A DNA stretch of 64,000 nucleotides from Mytilus californianus (GCF_021869535.1 NW_026262701.1:18414001-18478000); one strand, 5' to 3'. Shown: positions 22,401-36,100, counted from the first letter of the stretch. The notes: generated by a model not told the origin, from the sequence alone. Program-made: numbers and translations.

Positions 22401-25389
22401 ACCAATTTAATGTTCCATTCTTCACAGAATGTGCACACCCAAATGAAGAAAAACTTCATATTTAATATAAAAACTCATATATACACATTGATTGATTTGT
22501 GTTTAAAGTCACTTTCAGCACTATTACGCTATTTGATGGCGGTCTGTTTTTATTGGTAGAGGAAGCCGGGGTGCCCGGAGGGAACCGCCAACCTTCGATA
22601 GGAAAACTGGCAATCCTAGTCAATTAAGCACCTGGTACATGCCGGATTCGACCTCACAACCTCAGTGTTGACAGGCTAGTGACTCAGTAGTTCGACTACT
22701 TGGACCACTAGGCCACCGAGGCCCCTTATACACATGCAGGGCCAGTGACATACGACTTTGATTTGTACGGCTCCATGGACTCGGATGAACCAAAACCGTA
22801 TGTAACCATTCCCTCTTCTGTGAGGACATGCATGCTAATTAACCCCAAAATTCGATTTTGTTGATAGAGCTCCCTCCAATATTTGTCACGAAAAAAACAT
22901 GATTTGAAAAAGACGGTTAGACCAAGTGACATAGACATGATAGAAGTTAAAAACCATGATATGTAACTGTATATACGACCTTCAACACTGAACAAAACCC
23001 GTACCAATCTAATAATATTCAGCTCCCGTGTTCAAGCTTTGCTTACAAGGTTTGTAAGCAAAGCTTGGATACAGGATCTGTATTTTAATTAGATTGAACC
23101 CATATCGCATAGTAAGCTATAAAAGGCCTGATATAATGACTAATGTAAAGCAATTCAAACGAGAAACTAACTGTCAATTAAATCCATACATAGCATACTT
23201 TTTATCACTTATTGCAACGACAGAACTTGGAATATAATTAGGCCTATCTGTCGGGATATAGTCGGTCGCATTAGCAATCCATTTCCTACCACTTGGATCG
23301 AAACTATCTCAAATTAGGCTTTTCTCAAAATCTTCTCGTCTGAAACGACTGATAAGACTTTAATCAAACTTTGTGTTAATGTTCCTTTGGTGAACTTGTT
23401 AATAAATCATATCCAAGGTTTTGATTCATCAAGAAAAAATTGCTGATGTTGCTAAAATAGAATAAAGGGGTCAAACTGCAGTAATGGACTTATGTCAGAG
23501 ATAGAGAAACTGCAGATTGGGAAATCTGTCAGGTTAAAAATGATGTACTTTTTAGTATTATTGCTTCCTCGTGTATCTGTTATCGAGCTAGGTGAGTCTA
23601 AATGTGTGTTTCTTTCAACAGGCAAAGGAGTAGACAAACACGAGGGCAAAGCTATGGAATGGTTTAAGTAAGTATATGATTATAGGTAGTATTAAAAATG
23701 TATAATACTGTAGTAATAAGTCATTGGTGATAGCGAGTATAAGGGAGAAGATGCTATGTCTTGAAGTATACTATTGGTCGTTAAGCAACCAATACTTATT
23801 AGCCTAAAGGTTTGGGGGTAGACAACATGTGTTCCAAACATATTTGAATTTTCATTTATGGCTTAAATCTTAAAGAATTAACGTGATCAACATTTAGGAA
23901 GTTTTGTTAAAATTATGAATGCGCAGTTCTTTGTTAAGCAATTAAAAGTCGCGTGTGTAAGCTTTAGACAAAATAAATGTTAAAGAACTCGTATATATGT
24001 ATACATCGCATAAAGTGCGCAAATAGAGAAAATAATCGATGCAGCATCTTATATCTCAAACTAAGATTATGATAAACAAACCAAGGTTACATAATTGTAT
24101 AGACTCATCGTTTGTTTACTCATAAATTTATTTCCAATTTTTATAGATTCGGGACCATTTAGAGCTTGACCTATATGTCTTTTTGTCGTTATGTTGTTGT
24201 CTCACTGGCCGTAAATCCCACATCTCTTTTACAGTGCATTCATAAGATATCGATCGGTTGTTGTGTATGGTACCGACAACGTGATACATGATTAAGTCAA
24301 TATAGAAACCCAGTTCCTTCTTTAAATGTAAACTAATTTAAAAAGAGAATTATGGTCCATTTATATGATATTGATTTCTGGTCTTTTTGTCATTTTATAT
24401 ATTCCTATTTCTTTGATTGAGTACTACTTAAATTTCTATACAACATCATACGTTAGGTACAATATATTCTGAATTTCTCTCCAACAGAAAGGCTGCGGAC
24501 CAAGGACATCCACATGCATCTTATAATTTAGCTATCGGTCATATGAAGGGGTACAAAACTGGACTTAAACCTGGGTAAGAAAACATAGTTGTTCAGATCT
24601 AAAACGGATGCAATAGTTTTCTTGTAAACTTTTAAAGTAACTTTAGCTAATGCATTTGCTAATGCATAAACCCATACTGATATGTATGTTTTAAATAATC
24701 ATTATAAGAGTGTCTGGACGGGGACCCCTTCATTATAAGAGTGTCTGGACGGGGACCCCTTCATTATAAGAGTGTCTAGACGGAGCCCAAGGGTCCTTCT
24801 TTTCTTTATTCTTTATTATTTATAAGAGTGTCTAGACGGGGCCCAAGCAGGGGTCCTTCTTTTCTTTATTCTTTATTATTTATAAGAGTGTCTAGACGGG
24901 GCCCAGGGGTCCTTCTTTTCTTTGTTCTTTATTTTTTATAAGAGTATCTAGACGGGGCCCAGGGGTCCTTCTTTTCTTTATTCTTTATTTTTTTATAACA
25001 TTTTTCTCTATTCATTATTCATGTTTGCCGATTATTCTATATTCTATAGATTTTAGCACCCCATTATTCTCTATTTTCTATTTTTTTTGCCTATTTTTTT
25101 TCTTTCTGCCCGTTATTCTATACTTTTTGTCCATTATTCTCTATTCTGTAAACCTCACCTAGACCCTCTTAAAGGAATTCCATAAAAGGCATATTCCAAC
25201 GGATAGAAATTATTTTAATTTTGAATAATAATTATGTATGGGAATTCAATACATTGCAAGTTATATATCTTTTTATATGTTGTTTTCAGAGAATCTCATC
25301 AGCTAATTGCCCATGCAGCTTCAAAGGGTGTAAAGGAGGCCCACAGGGTTTTGAATGAAGTTTGTGCACGAGGAGGATGTAAACATTAG
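19500..25389 (+). CDS. Uncharacterised single-pass membrane protein with Sel1-like repeats (175 aa). Exons 19500-19652, 21923-22064, 23622-23667, 24488-24574, 25290-25389
   Basis: The five exons splice in phase to 528 nt. Hydrophobic segment AMVVIGTLIFALYAYYYF; Sel1 motifs AQHQVGQRYLHGKGVDKHEGKAMEWFKKAADQGHPHASYNLAIGHMKG; ends HAASKGVKEAHRVL...GGCKH*. Confidence 0.85.
20735..20945 (+). pseudogene. Decayed Penelope-like RT remnant in intron 1 of the Sel1 gene
   Basis: Degenerate traces of CSNFPAAP, FLDRK, NQG and cttcgaaagttttac..gggcgccatcat...gttgaccgatacg (LRKFYGRHH..VDRY). Confidence 0.45.
21465..21617. repeat. Long imperfect palindrome (fold-back element)
   Basis: ~70-bp arms aggaatgactgtaatattttttctgtctat...tgtggtgcacact / agtgtgcaccaca...atagacagaaaaaaatattacagtcatttctt. 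Confidence 0.75.
22489..22726 (-). mobile_element. Full-length tRNA-derived SINE with V-domain-like core
   Basis: Minus strand has A box TGGCCTAGTGG, B-box-like GGTCGAATCC, core CTCCGGGCACCCCGGCTTCCTC and a (TCAA)n tail. 9-bp TSD TATACACAT at 22480-22488 and 22727-22735. Confidence 0.8.
24705..25172. mobile_element. MITE with six-fold reiterated left terminus, Sel1 gene intron 4
   Basis: taagagt(g/a)tct(g/a)gacgg at 24705, 24736, 24767, 24823, 24883 and 24939; inverted end tagaccctcttaa at 25160-25172. Confidence 0.6.
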
Positions 25390-28300
25390 AGTATACAATG
25401 TTTGTTACACAGCTATGCAAGAGAAATAAATTGATTTTAGTTAAAACTTTGTTAAACTTTAATGAATAATTGACCATCTGAACAGCCTTTTTAAACTGAA
25501 TTAACAATAATGGTTACAGTTCAAAGATTGTTTAAAAACCACAGTACATGGTAATCAATTATGTTTTCCCCATCTAAATAAGTCATTATATTGATTTGTA
25601 TAATTGTTAGTATTGATATTTCATGAGTTTTTATGCTTGTTATATAACTCGGGAACTTTATGATTCGACATTTTAGTGGTGGGTAATATACTATTCTAAT
25701 ATGCAAGGGTGGATTCCGGCGGCGCAGGGTGCACACAGCTCGCCTCACTAAAATTGAAAAAAAATATTGTTTTTGGCTTTAAACACCTCCAGCATATTTT
25801 GTTAGTGTCGCTCCCCCTCTAACCTCAAATACTGGATCTGCACCTATCTATCCATTGTATATATGTACCCAATAAGTATGTAAATTGTGTTTGCTTTAAG
25901 CAAATTTCTCTGGAATGACCATATAGATAAAGGATAAGTTGACCACTGTAAAATACATAGATGATAAAGAATATTTTTTTATCACAAAAATTATACATCT
26001 ATTGTTTCGGAAAATGTTTTTTTTTTTTTTTTGTTTACATCAAAATTACAACTCTATAAATATTGTACATGTGTTAATTTAAAAATGTTTCGTCTTTGGA
26101 AATAGAAATTTTATTTTTCATGTTTGCCTTGAGTCCTTTTGAAGAGAAGGGTCGGATAGATCATTTTTTTTTTGTTTATTATGTTGTTAGTTCGCTGTCT
26201 CAACATTTTTCTCTCGTCTCCTTTTATTCATTTATAAAAAATCAACTATAGATCTCCAATTTGGTATAACCGAGGTATTCTATTGAGACGAAATCAAATT
26301 TATTTGGATCATGATAAGTTCACTTTAGTGTAACTTACCATTAATGTACGGTACCAATATTTTCTATTATAATTATTGGCGAATATCACTGGAAACTTAA
26401 AATGTCAAGTTGTAGCTGTGACTATTATACTAACAGTATAATAGTCTCAGGTTGTAGCCTGCTATTCTGATTGTATCACTGCATGCTCGTTATTTGGATC
26501 AGGTATTAAACATTTTACAGATAACTTACAGAATGCCATAAATCATTATACTCGAAACACAGTTGTAGACTTGGAACCAAAGAATGCCCTGAACGACACA
26601 ATACTCTCAATTTGAAATACCATATGCAGATTTTAAATCGTATATTAGAGAATTATTGCTGTCAAATTTCTACTTTAAATAGTCTACTCTATTCGAAATT
26701 ATTTATGAGTAAATGATTTGGCGTTTTATGCGAGTGCTGATCCATGATGAGCGTGCTTATAGTGCTCATTTTTAAAAAGCATTTTGTATTCCTTCTATCA
26801 TGATTTATTGTATTTACTTGTATTTTATAAGTGCATTTGTTTCAGGATTATTATATTAAAAAATGGCAAAATCAGTAATACGTCCAAACTATAAAAGACC
26901 ATTCCAATCAATTGTCACGGTTTTTTCTTCTTTGTTTAAAATAGTTGGATATATATATATATAGTTGGTTTTATTACAAAAATATTACTGTAAATATTTT
27001 AGCATTATGTTGATAAATAAATATATCTATTTATTCTGTTTTTTATGTGTTTTTTTCTACCCTAAATATGTCAGTTTGAAATTTGATGTCATTTTAGCCA
27101 CTTTTAACCCTCATTTGCAAATGGATATGATATATGAGATTGGTCAGCGACTTCTTTATTTACCCGACATTATTAGTATTTCTTCTTATTCCAGGACTGT
27201 TATTTTTAGTAGCATCAACTCAAACTAATTAAGTGCAGACACAGAACTTTTGCGATTTTTTACCTGTAACAAGAAAGGACATTTGAGTTTAAGACACTAT
27301 AGAAAACATTAAGAAGATGTGGTATGATTGCTCTCTACCGGAGACCAAAGGACATAGAAGTTAACAACTATAGATCACCGCATGGCCTTCAACAATGAGC
27401 AAAACACCGGTACGGCAAAGTCAGTTATAAAAGGCCCCGAAATACAAATGTAAAACAATTCAAACGAGAAAACCAACGGCCTATGACTATGACTAAGGCT
27501 ATGGTCATTTGTGCTTTAATTTTGGTACACCTGAACTAAATTGACCGGGCATTTGTGCTTTTTATACCTATGAGATTTTACCTGTTATCTTAACAAACTT
27601 TATAAAAAAAATGGAAGATTTTCACATATTCTTTGAAAGTTCTTACGAACACACGACAAAATCAGAAAACAAATTATTCGGGTAAACGATTGCCCTGGAT
27701 TCTTCAAGCAGCTTTATATAATTCGTGGATTTAAAATCGGAAACTATAGCTCAGTATTCCTCTTGTGTCCATTCTGTTGCATGTATAATCCGAGGAATAG
27801 TACAATCATGGATCATCATCGTTTATAAGCTTGTTTCAACTTGTGAAGACCGCAAGTCGATTTTTTGACAACCTGCTGTTCATTTTCATGATGTTGACTT
27901 TTAGAAAAAGTCATGATTCACGGTTACATGTATATGAATTTACTTCCATCCACCTCCTCTAACACAGTAATGTATAGGAATGGTTTATAATAAGTCTTAT
28001 CTGTATTTAAATATATTAATGTATTTTGTTTTTGATATTTAATTTTTTTTTTTATACTTTTAATTATAATAACTCAAATGTTGTGTAAATAAAGCGCAAA
28101 TATCCTATCAAAAAGCGCAAACGTCCCGCGCTGTTAAGGACGAGAACAATTAAATAGGTAGCTATAGGCTCTGCAATGACAATGTGCATGGATAAACCAG
28201 TTGTAGGGTGGGAAAATTTTAAAATTTGGACAGCCATTGGGAAATAGGGTATTTTATATAAGAAGCGAATCTATATTCCAATCAGATTGATTGTCGGATT

Positions 28301-30199
28301 TGATAGGGACAGACATTTTATCATGGAAATGACTACCTTCAGAACCCACAAATAGTTTCTGCAAGAGTTTTTTTAACGTGCAGACTTTATGACATTTCGT
28401 TACACGAGGCATCATACGTGGATGTGTATTTATACATCCTGCACAACCTAGAGGACGACCCGGCCTTGCAGGGTAGTGGTAACCTTCAGTCGGAAAAACT
28501 GGGTTTATAAATCCAACGTACATGGTACAAAAGCTATACATGCAGTGAGACTGGGTATATAAACAATATACAAGGACTTTTCTTGTTTGGACTGGGGTAG
28601 TATGCCGAGAAAGTAATCTCCAGAGGCTCAACGGTCTCAACATATAAATTATAATAGCATTTTGCACCGGCAGTAAAATTTCTCCATGCATGAATAATTA
28701 TAATGCAATATCATGCTGTTTGTTCAAATGACCTATCGATTTCTTCAATTTAGGAAAATAAAAAAGTGATCAATTTGATTATAGTTACAAAATTATCGAC
28801 CACGCTTCCTGTTTTATTTAATCAGAAGTGTTTCTTCAAATCTGAATAGGGTGGCCTTTTTGCCGACAAACAATGTGCAATTATAAATGTTCACAATATA
28901 ATTCCCATTTCATCCTGTCATTTTGATCATATATAATTTAGACCTAAGCGAACGAATTTTCTTAATAAGGTTAATCGTATATTTATTGAAAGTATAGGAT
29001 CATCACTATACTTTTTTGAACGAAGACAAAAATCTGTTTCGGACTTGATGACCAATATAACATTACATGTATTTAACTGTCAGAGTGTATCGTCTGGCTT
29101 GGCATTTTTTCAAAAAAATATTGTGGGGTCTTTTCTGGTTGGATTTTAACCATGATGATATAAGCAGAATTATCACAGTTTTGTATATTTATTTGGTTGT
29201 ATTTTTGTTGTTGTTTTCTTTTTCTGATATATTTTTGGTTTAAGAAATTTGCTATATATTGACAGCCAATTTAAGTTATACAAAATATTATACGAGTCAG
29301 GAGAAAACTAAAACATATCAAGAAAAAACTATTATAATTGAAAGAATTCTTCGTCTTTCAACAACTGGTTTGTAAAAATCAAACCGTAAATGCCTTAAAA
29401 ATATATTTTGAAAAAAAAATGTTTTTATATGAGATATATAGCAAAAAATTGTAGGTGACGAATACTGTTAGCCATGTACTGTATATCTGACGTTATGCAA
29501 ACTCAGGCGACCCACACCCAAAGCTCCCTCTACAGTAAAAAAAATATATAACCTTTTGCACAAAAAAAAAGCATCAATTTTTCGCCTCGATCTGCTCGGC
29601 TCAATTTGTCTAGATCCAAAACATTAGTCACATGATATTTTTCCAGGAAAGCATTTTATCTGATGTAAATTGGCTTACTTCGGTTCTTTTAAAAATGAAA
29701 TTTTTCTTCATTATTTTTTGTGGGGAGGGGGTGAAATTGTCATATATTTGGAAGGGGGTTTTGAATAAATTTTCATTTTCAAAGTGGGTATTGAGATAAA
29801 AAAAGACTAATTCCGTAATTTTCTTCAAGGTCTCCCAATTAATGAAAATGTCCAGTCCTTACAAGAAGAACAATTTTCATTTAAAATTTCGCGCGCACCT
29901 GTCTTTTTAAACTGGTATCTTAATTTGTTTTAGTTCTAAAACCAGTAAAAGTAATTAGATTTCTTTTCCGAACAAAAGAAAACAAAACGACATTTTACAT
30001 TCTTATTTTATAAACATGAAAAAGAATTAGAAATATACTAGACTATACAATTTATAAATTACTTAAACGTATTTTTTTTGGAGGCTAAATTGTGATTAGA
30101 ACGGAAATCAAGTTGACGCATGTCAAATCGAACGTTGTAACCAAGGAAAGATATTTTTTCAACACAAGGTGATCTGCAACGTAAACAACACACAGAAAA

Positions 30200-33100
30200 A
30201 TGGTAAGAGTAACATAAATAATGTCTTCAACTTAAAATGATTCGGTAATCCATCTTCTTAAACCAAAGAAAGTTAGCTCGCAGATGATATGTTAAATAAT
30301 GAAAATAGGTGAAAACACAGACAAAATATAATTTCTGCACTTTCATATATTTATGACACTTTTAGGAGAAAAAATTCGCTGAGTTATTTGAATTGTTCAC
30401 TATTAGAGTCACTCGCACTTAATGACATACGATACATGAGATATTTAACATTGATTTTTACCCATGTTAAATTTTTATATATGTATCGACCATGCAACAT
30501 GTACATGTATGACTCATATTTCAATACTTTTCTGGAAAAATAATACACAATAAAACGAAAAAAGGTACCTTCAATCAGATTTTGTATAGTGATCAGTAGT
30601 CTTTACATTACATGTAGTTGCTAAATTGAAATTAAAGTAAAATAAAACTATTGTAAACAGGATAGAAAGCCTTAGATAACTTTTCTTCTGACATCAGATG
30701 GGTAAAGAAAAGTTCATGCATTTAATTTTTGATGACATCATTTGAAAAGCATAAGACATTTTTATAGCAAGAAAATGTGTCCATTGTGACACCATACCCC
30801 ACTCACACTATCACATAATTTTCCAAGTTCAGTGAACCATGAAATTTGGATTAAAATCCTATTACAGTGCATTCAGATATATCTGCACACCCAAGACTTT
30901 TGGCTTCACTTTGGTAATGTCATAAAACCAATAATCGGATAATATTGTGTAAACAAATTCAATGAAATTCATGACTTACTTTAATTTCATGAAATCTTCT
31001 TTTATGTATGGTTTCACCCTTAAGATTTTATGTAATGTCTCCAAGATTAGGGAAACTCCTGTTTTGACAGTTCAAATGTCTGGTGATTTGGCACATGCCT
31101 TCTAAGAATAGCTAATTTTGAATGCAGGAAAGATTTTCTACTTTGAAATGTAGTTCAGTTTGAACCAAACAGACTGCCAAGGATGCAGAGCAAAATTTAT
31201 TTTATTTTGATAAAAAATGACTTAAAATGAAACCAATTTTATCTAATGATGTAATTTTTTTATGGAAAATAGTTAAATATGGTTAATCATGGGATTGCAA
31301 TTATAAATTAAGATTGAACTTATCAATTTTTATCTTTGTTGTCCCTTTGGAAGACTAAAACAATTAGAAGAACGATTCTATTTGTTAAATTACAGATATG
31401 ACGATATCAGATAATGTGCGATATCACCAGCTGCACGTACAAAGGGGATTCCACTGTAAATCAGCATAGATTTTAACATATTTCAGTTTCATCAACATGG
31501 ATACTTTTTTATATTTCAAACTATTGCCTTCTATTTAGTGTCAAATATGGCTCTTTACAAACTTACTCCTTTATTATGTTTATAGTTCTTATTTATGAAA
31601 TCTCTACATCATATAACACCTTCATTAAATTACACATCTTATATTCATCTTTTATTATTATATTTCAGTCTGAAGTAGAAGAAACATTGAAAAGAATCCA
31701 GGGCCATCGTGGGGTCATAGGAACTATCGTTGTAAATATGGAAGGTATATTGCTTAGAAATACTTTGTTCAATGGGTGGTCAAATGTAATTATAGACATG
31801 TCAGATAGACCAGTATATATTGAGTAGTCATTTTAAACTGTGCATAATTTGATAACAAGATTTTTATGTTTCTCAAACATGTTTTGCAGTGCATGAATAT
31901 TTGCAGGATAAGCCAGAATTTCATAATTTTCTTAAACATGAATACATTTTGTCCTGATTTGTTCTCTTCTGACATGGATATTAAGTTTCTTTTATTATCA
32001 GTGGAATAACAATTTTTTAGTGAATGCCAGAATGGCTAAATATATATTATTAGAAGTAAGAAAATAACTTCCATCTTGACTGTAAAGAAGTGCTATTACT
32101 TCAATTAGAATTTCAACTCATGATGGTTTTCTTTTTGTTGGATGGAGTGTGCGCATGCGCCGAATTCGGACGTATCCTTTTTCATCTCCAAGAAAAGTCT
32201 TACTAAAGTTATTTGTATCCTTTGTAAAATTTATTTAAATCAATGTAAGTTGGGTAAAGGTGTTCCATTATCTATTACATTCATTGCAACATAAAAGTTA
32301 GGACCAACCAACATCAATCAACAACGAAATCCTGAGTTAGAAAGCGGTTACCTATGTAAACAAAGAACAAAATGGCGGCAAATACGAAATAGAAATCTGA
32401 CAGCTCGACAGTCAAGTGGAAGTTAAGAAAGGTGTGTAGGTGAGTTCATCTTATCACCACCTTCTTACACAGCCCAAAGATGTCACAACTAATTATATTT
32501 CTATTTTTATTGTCATTTGGATACCAACTATGTCTAGCCAAAATAACAGACCAACAAAATATTTTGACAAAATCAAAACAAGGGGAGCATATGTTTACCA
32601 TTATTAACAACTACAACCCAGAGTATATAAACCATTTTACCATCATTGACAACATTAGAACTGAAATACTTAGTATGAATGAGAGAAGATTAATATATCG
32701 TAAAATGATAAACCATCTCACCTATCTTTCAATGATACTAATTCTTATATCAAACGATGTAAATCTTAACCCTGGACCTGAATGTTCAAACACCAGTGGA
32801 ACTGTATATCCATGTGGCACATGCGACCAACCAGTTACATGGCAAGAACGAGGTATAGTATGCGATACATGCAACCAATGGTACCACATCAGTTGCCAGG
32901 CTATGCAAACTAAGTCCTACCTAGAACATGTGAATGACTCCGCCATTGCATGGGATTGCATTATGTGTAATTGTCCAAATTACTCCACCTTCTGCTATTC
33001 TTTGGTATTCAGCACTTCAAATCATTTCAGCATACTGTCAAATATATCCATCAGCAGTCCAACATCTAGCATCATAAAACCATTACATACTTCAACACCA

Positions 33101-36100
33101 GAACGGAAAACACAAAAGAAAAAGGAGCAAGAAGATTCAAATCCTAAGACTATTCGAGTATTAAATGTCAACTTCCAGTCAATAAGAAACAAACAAGGCG
33201 AACTTATAAATCTTATTGAAAGCACAAAACCAGATATAATTTTTGGAACTGAAACCTGGCTTGATTCATCAATAAAAGACTCGCAATATTTTCCAGATGG
33301 GTACAATATTTACAGAAATGACAGAAACTTAAGTGGAGGGGGAGTACTCATTGCCGTCAAAGACACATACATCACTTCATCAGTACCAGAACTTCAAACT
33401 GATTGTGAAATTGCTTGGTGCAAGATGGAAATTGTCGGGCATAAAACTGTCTATCTATCTAGTTACTACAACCCCAAAACATCAAACGAAAAGGGATATA
33501 ATGAATATGGAATAAGCATTGAAAGAGCCAGTAAAATACGAAATGCATTCATTATATCAGCTGGTGATTTCAACCTACCAGGCTGGGATTGGACTAACAA
33601 AGAGATCAAGATGCACACCCAATGTGCAACAAATCATGAAAAATTTGCTGATATATTGGATGATAATGGGATGGCACAGCTTGTAAATAAACCAACCAGA
33701 GGACCCAATACTCTTGATCTTGTTGTAACAAATCATCCTGAAAGCTTCATGAGAGTTGAAACCTTACCTGGGCTCTCCGACCATGAAATCATTTTCACAG
33801 AAGTTAATCTAAATCCCCGGAAATCTATTCAAAAACCAAGGATTATACCGTTATATAGAAAAGCAAATTGGGAGAATATGAAAATAGATATGAATAACTT
33901 ACACCATGATATCACCCTAATGAATGAACAAAAGGCAGGAGTAAATACATTATGGACACACTTCCAAACCAAACTTGAAGAGAGCATAGAAAAAAATGTA
34001 CCGAAAAAGACCGCTAGGAAAAAGGATGGTAGTCCCTGGATCACATCTGACATCAAGCGTCTCATACGAAAAAGAGACAGATGGTTCAAAAGAATGAAAA
34101 AATCGGGTAATGGAGGAGATAGAGACAAATTTAAAGAACTTAAGCGTCGTACACAGAGAGAAATTAGGAAAGCTTACTGGAATTACATCGACAGTATAGT
34201 TTCACCACCAGACCTAATTAAACCTCAAGAAAGACCAAACTGTATGAAAAGGTTCTGGACCTTTATAAAACACAAAAGGTCAGATGGGAGTAAAATACCA
34301 CCTCTAAAATCAAATGGAACTTTACATTCAGAGCCAACAGAAAAAGCAGACATACTCAATGGCCAATTTCAGAAAGCCTTTTTAGACAAAACCAGCATAA
34401 CAGAAAAAGAATTTCAAGAACAGTGTAACATGTCCGGAAACTTTGAACAAATCTTGGACATCAATATAACAGAAAATGGTGTGTACAAACTACTAAATAA
34501 CCTTAATCCAAATAAGGCAGCTGGGCCAGACAATATAACACCAAGAGTCTTAAAGGAACTTGCATTACATATAGCACCAATACTGACAACATTATTCCGC
34601 TGCTCATATCAGACAAGCGAAGTACCTTGTATTTGGAAATCTGCAAACGTCTGTCCAGTGTATAAGAAAGGGAAGAAATACGATCCGATAAATTATAGGC
34701 CTGTCTCTCTCACTTGCATAGCATGTAAACTAATGGAGCACATCATAACTAGCCATATCATGTCTCATGCAGATACTCACAACATCATGTATCCACTTCA
34801 ACATGGGTTTCAAAGGGGATTATCATGCGAATCACAACTGATTGAATTTATTGATGATGTAACTAAAAACTTAGATCAGGGGAAACAAACAGATTGTCTC
34901 ATAATGGACTTCTCCAAGGCATTTGATAAGGTTAGTCATAGCCTTCTCATCCACAAACTGAAGCATTATGGGATAACCGGTAAAACAAATGAGTGGATAA
35001 ACAACTTCCTCAGTGATAGAATACAGTCAGTAGTTGTAGAGGGTGAAACATCGACCTCCATACCTGTAGAGTCCGGCGTACCACAAGGATCCGTCCTGGG
35101 ACCTAGCCTATTTTTGTTTTATATAAACGATATGCCCCAGGGGATTCAATCAACTGTACGACTGTTTGCCGATGACACTATTGCTTATCTCACCATCTCA
35201 TCCAATGCAGATGCCGCAAACTTACAAAAGGACCTTGACCAACTGGCTGTATGGGAAACAACATGGCTTATGAAGTTCCATCCAGACAAATGTAATGTAC
35301 TCACCATCTCCAAGAAGCGAACTCCATCAAAGTACAATTACACACTACATGGCCATAACCTCGAACATGTAACATCAGCTAAATACCTGGGATGCACCAT
35401 TTCATCAGATCTTAAATGGGGGAAACACATAAGCTCCATCTGCTCCAAAGCCAACAACACCATTAGCTTCTTAAAAAGGAATGTTTACATCTCAAACAAG
35501 TCAATTAAAGAAAAAGCATACATGTCCCTCGTCAGGCCTACTTTAGAATATGCTAGTGCAGTATGGGATCCATACCAACAAAACGACATCCACAGATTGG
35601 ACATGGTGCAAAGACGGGCAGCAAGGTATGTTACTAACAGATATCACAACACCTCATCTGTTAGTAGCATGCTTGAACATCTTGAATGGTCTACCCTACA
35701 AGAACGAAGGAAACATAGCCGCTTAATAATGATGTATAAGCTACAAAACAACTTTGTCAAAATCGATACATCCAGTAAGCTAATACCGAATGAACGCCCT
35801 TCCAGAAATAATAACGAAAAGGCACTTAGAATACCATCGTGTAAAACAACTGTACGGAAGGAGTCGTTCTATCCCAGAACAATCAGAGAGTGGAACACCT
35901 TGCCCAACTCTACTGTCTCCGCCCTGAGTCCTGAATCCTTCAAGGCTCAGCTCCATCATTAGATTAAATGCCATGTTTTTAATTGCACCTGTATATATAT
36001 TAAATTGCACCCATTCTCTTTTTGTTTAATAAATTTCAAAAATATTTCATGCGCTCACTCCAAAATGTGGCAGAATAGTCAACCAGTTGACGGTGGCCGC

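Noticed and set aside
31390-31460. Possible alternative ATG exon in DYNLRB intron 1 ([13 protein letters not shown])
   Set aside because: The in-frame donor (GTACAA) is poor, and splicing from exon 1 gives an immediate stop.
32172-32180. Perfect U12-type donor GTATCCTTT
   Set aside because: No convincing U12 branch site or acceptor, and about one chance hit is expected in an AT-rich window this size.
33022-36010. Antisense and alternate-frame ORFs within the LINE
   Set aside because: Shadows of the long RT ORF.
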